Shown piece after piece: positions 62,691 through 64,000 of a stretch of DNA of 64,000 nucleotides (its first letter is position 1; each line of letters starts with the position of its first letter). Location of the stretch: positions 133,548,001-133,612,000 of the forward strand of contig OZ024741.1 in the NCBI GenBank assembly GCA_964016885.1. The letters run 5' to 3'. A model generated the notes under the pieces. The model had not been told where the DNA came from. It worked only from the letters and a program-made list of their open reading frames with translations, and searched no databases. Position numbers and translations under genes: made by a program. Source of the DNA: Eledone cirrhosa (lineage: Eukaryota).

Positions 62691-63281
62691 TCTTTGCTCA
62701 CGATATGAAGAAGAGACTGACTAATACATAGTTGCAATTTCAAGGAAATCATGTCAAGTTGATTGAGTCCTGCTGGTGGGCCTCGCTTTTCGTGTCTCGC
62801 TGTTTATTATGTTGAATATCGTTTACATAAAAATCACAACAGTTAATTCTACTCTCTTTCTCTCTCTCTCTCTATATATATATCCTAAACGGACGGTAGT
62901 CCGTTTAGTAATATTGTTGTGGTCGTGCTTTCGTTGGCAATCGTCTGTTTACGTCAGTACAGCGCGGCTCTACTTTATTTAACTGAGATAAAACTTATAT
63001 GAGCATGAACAGTAGATCATTACGCATCTTTTGGCTTAAAAATCTAGAAATTTGGTCCAGCGGGAAAAAGTTTATAATCAAAGTTTGCTGATAAATCTTG
63101 TGTTCAAGCGGGTGAGTAGTAAGCGTGACGCTAGGGGAGGTAATTACGAGGTAATTACAAGGGGAGGTGATCTAATATATTTCAAATTGTATTTTTAACT
63201 AAATTCATTTATCATAGTCTAATATTTTAAAAATAGGTGAGTGCTCCACGATGATGACCCATGTGGAGGGGATGCTTAGGA

Positions 63282-63341
63282 GCCATCCAGATATCATGTG
63301 ACCATTTTTGGTTCGCCGTGTCCACATGATATCTGGATGGC
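63282..63341. other. Perfect 19-bp-stem hairpin (pre-miRNA-sized)
   Basis: GCCATCCAGATATCATGTG (63282-63300) is the exact reverse complement of 63323-63341. Confidence 0.6.
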
Positions 63342-64000
63342 CCTTTATACTAATTAGTCATTTATCTGCATAAAAATTATACCAGATCATTCTGATTATT
63401 GGCTTGAAATCTTTTACAAAATTAGTATGAGCAACTAAGAGGTCATCAATAGAAATAGAATTACTTTTTGGAGTTTTCATGCACAGCATTTTTTGGGATT
63501 TTAAATAAGAGTTAATATCATAATTCTTATTTTATATACCCACATTGCAGATACAGAGAAACATAACAATCCTATATAAAGGTCGTAGACAGCAGTATCA
63601 GTTTTTATCCGTAACACCATTGAAATGCACAAGTTTCACCAATTCACTATTATGCACTAATCATCTCAAATGCATTCATGATTTACTAGCTTTGTCATTA
63701 AGCCAGTTGCCTCAACTAGATTGCAATTATACTCAAAAGAACTTTAAAATGTCGATCACTTGTCAGTAATTCACTATGATCTTTTAATTATTAGATAGTT
63801 GTTGCTTGCATTGCCTTAAAAAATAGTAGACCAGATAGAAAAATGCGTACAGCAAAAAAAAGTAATATTGTTGGAATATAAACCTTTAAAAATACAGGAC
63901 AAGAAACTAAAATAAAACTTTAAAAGAATAGGACAAGAAACTAAGATAAAACTTTAAAGAATTGGACGAGAAATAAAAAATTTTACAATAATATTAGTGG

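Overview
Eukaryotic, AT-rich, transposon-dense animal DNA. The SINE, RTE and microsatellite content looks coleoid-cephalopod (Octopus-like); this is an inference, not something the sequence proves. One conserved host gene is present but mostly missed by the ORF track: PSMC3IP/HOP2, 9 coding exons on the minus strand (12589-27026, 211 aa), reconstructed by hand with GT-AG junctions and matching phases. A second weak 3-exon orphan gene or pseudogene candidate lies at 49213-53526 (-). Almost everything else is mobile DNA: RTE, CR1, Tx1/L1 and R4/Dong non-LTR elements, two Ty3/Gypsy LTR elements with TSDs (CsRn1-like and Mag-like), piggyBac and mariner relics, non-autonomous Helitrons, two tRNA-derived SINE families, and micro/minisatellites. 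The most unusual observations are: a 10x74-bp array made from the stem-loop 3'UTR of an R4/Dong element, fused head-to-head to a Tx1 fragment; a Gypsy with matching TSDs but non-matching LTRs; an (ATT)n tract stacked with several retroelements; a SINE apparently sharing its 3' end with Tx1; a duplicated U5/PBS inside gag and a B-box inside the LTR of the second Gypsy; and two isolated hairpins. No prokaryotic system or CRISPR array is present. Most TE boundaries are approximate.
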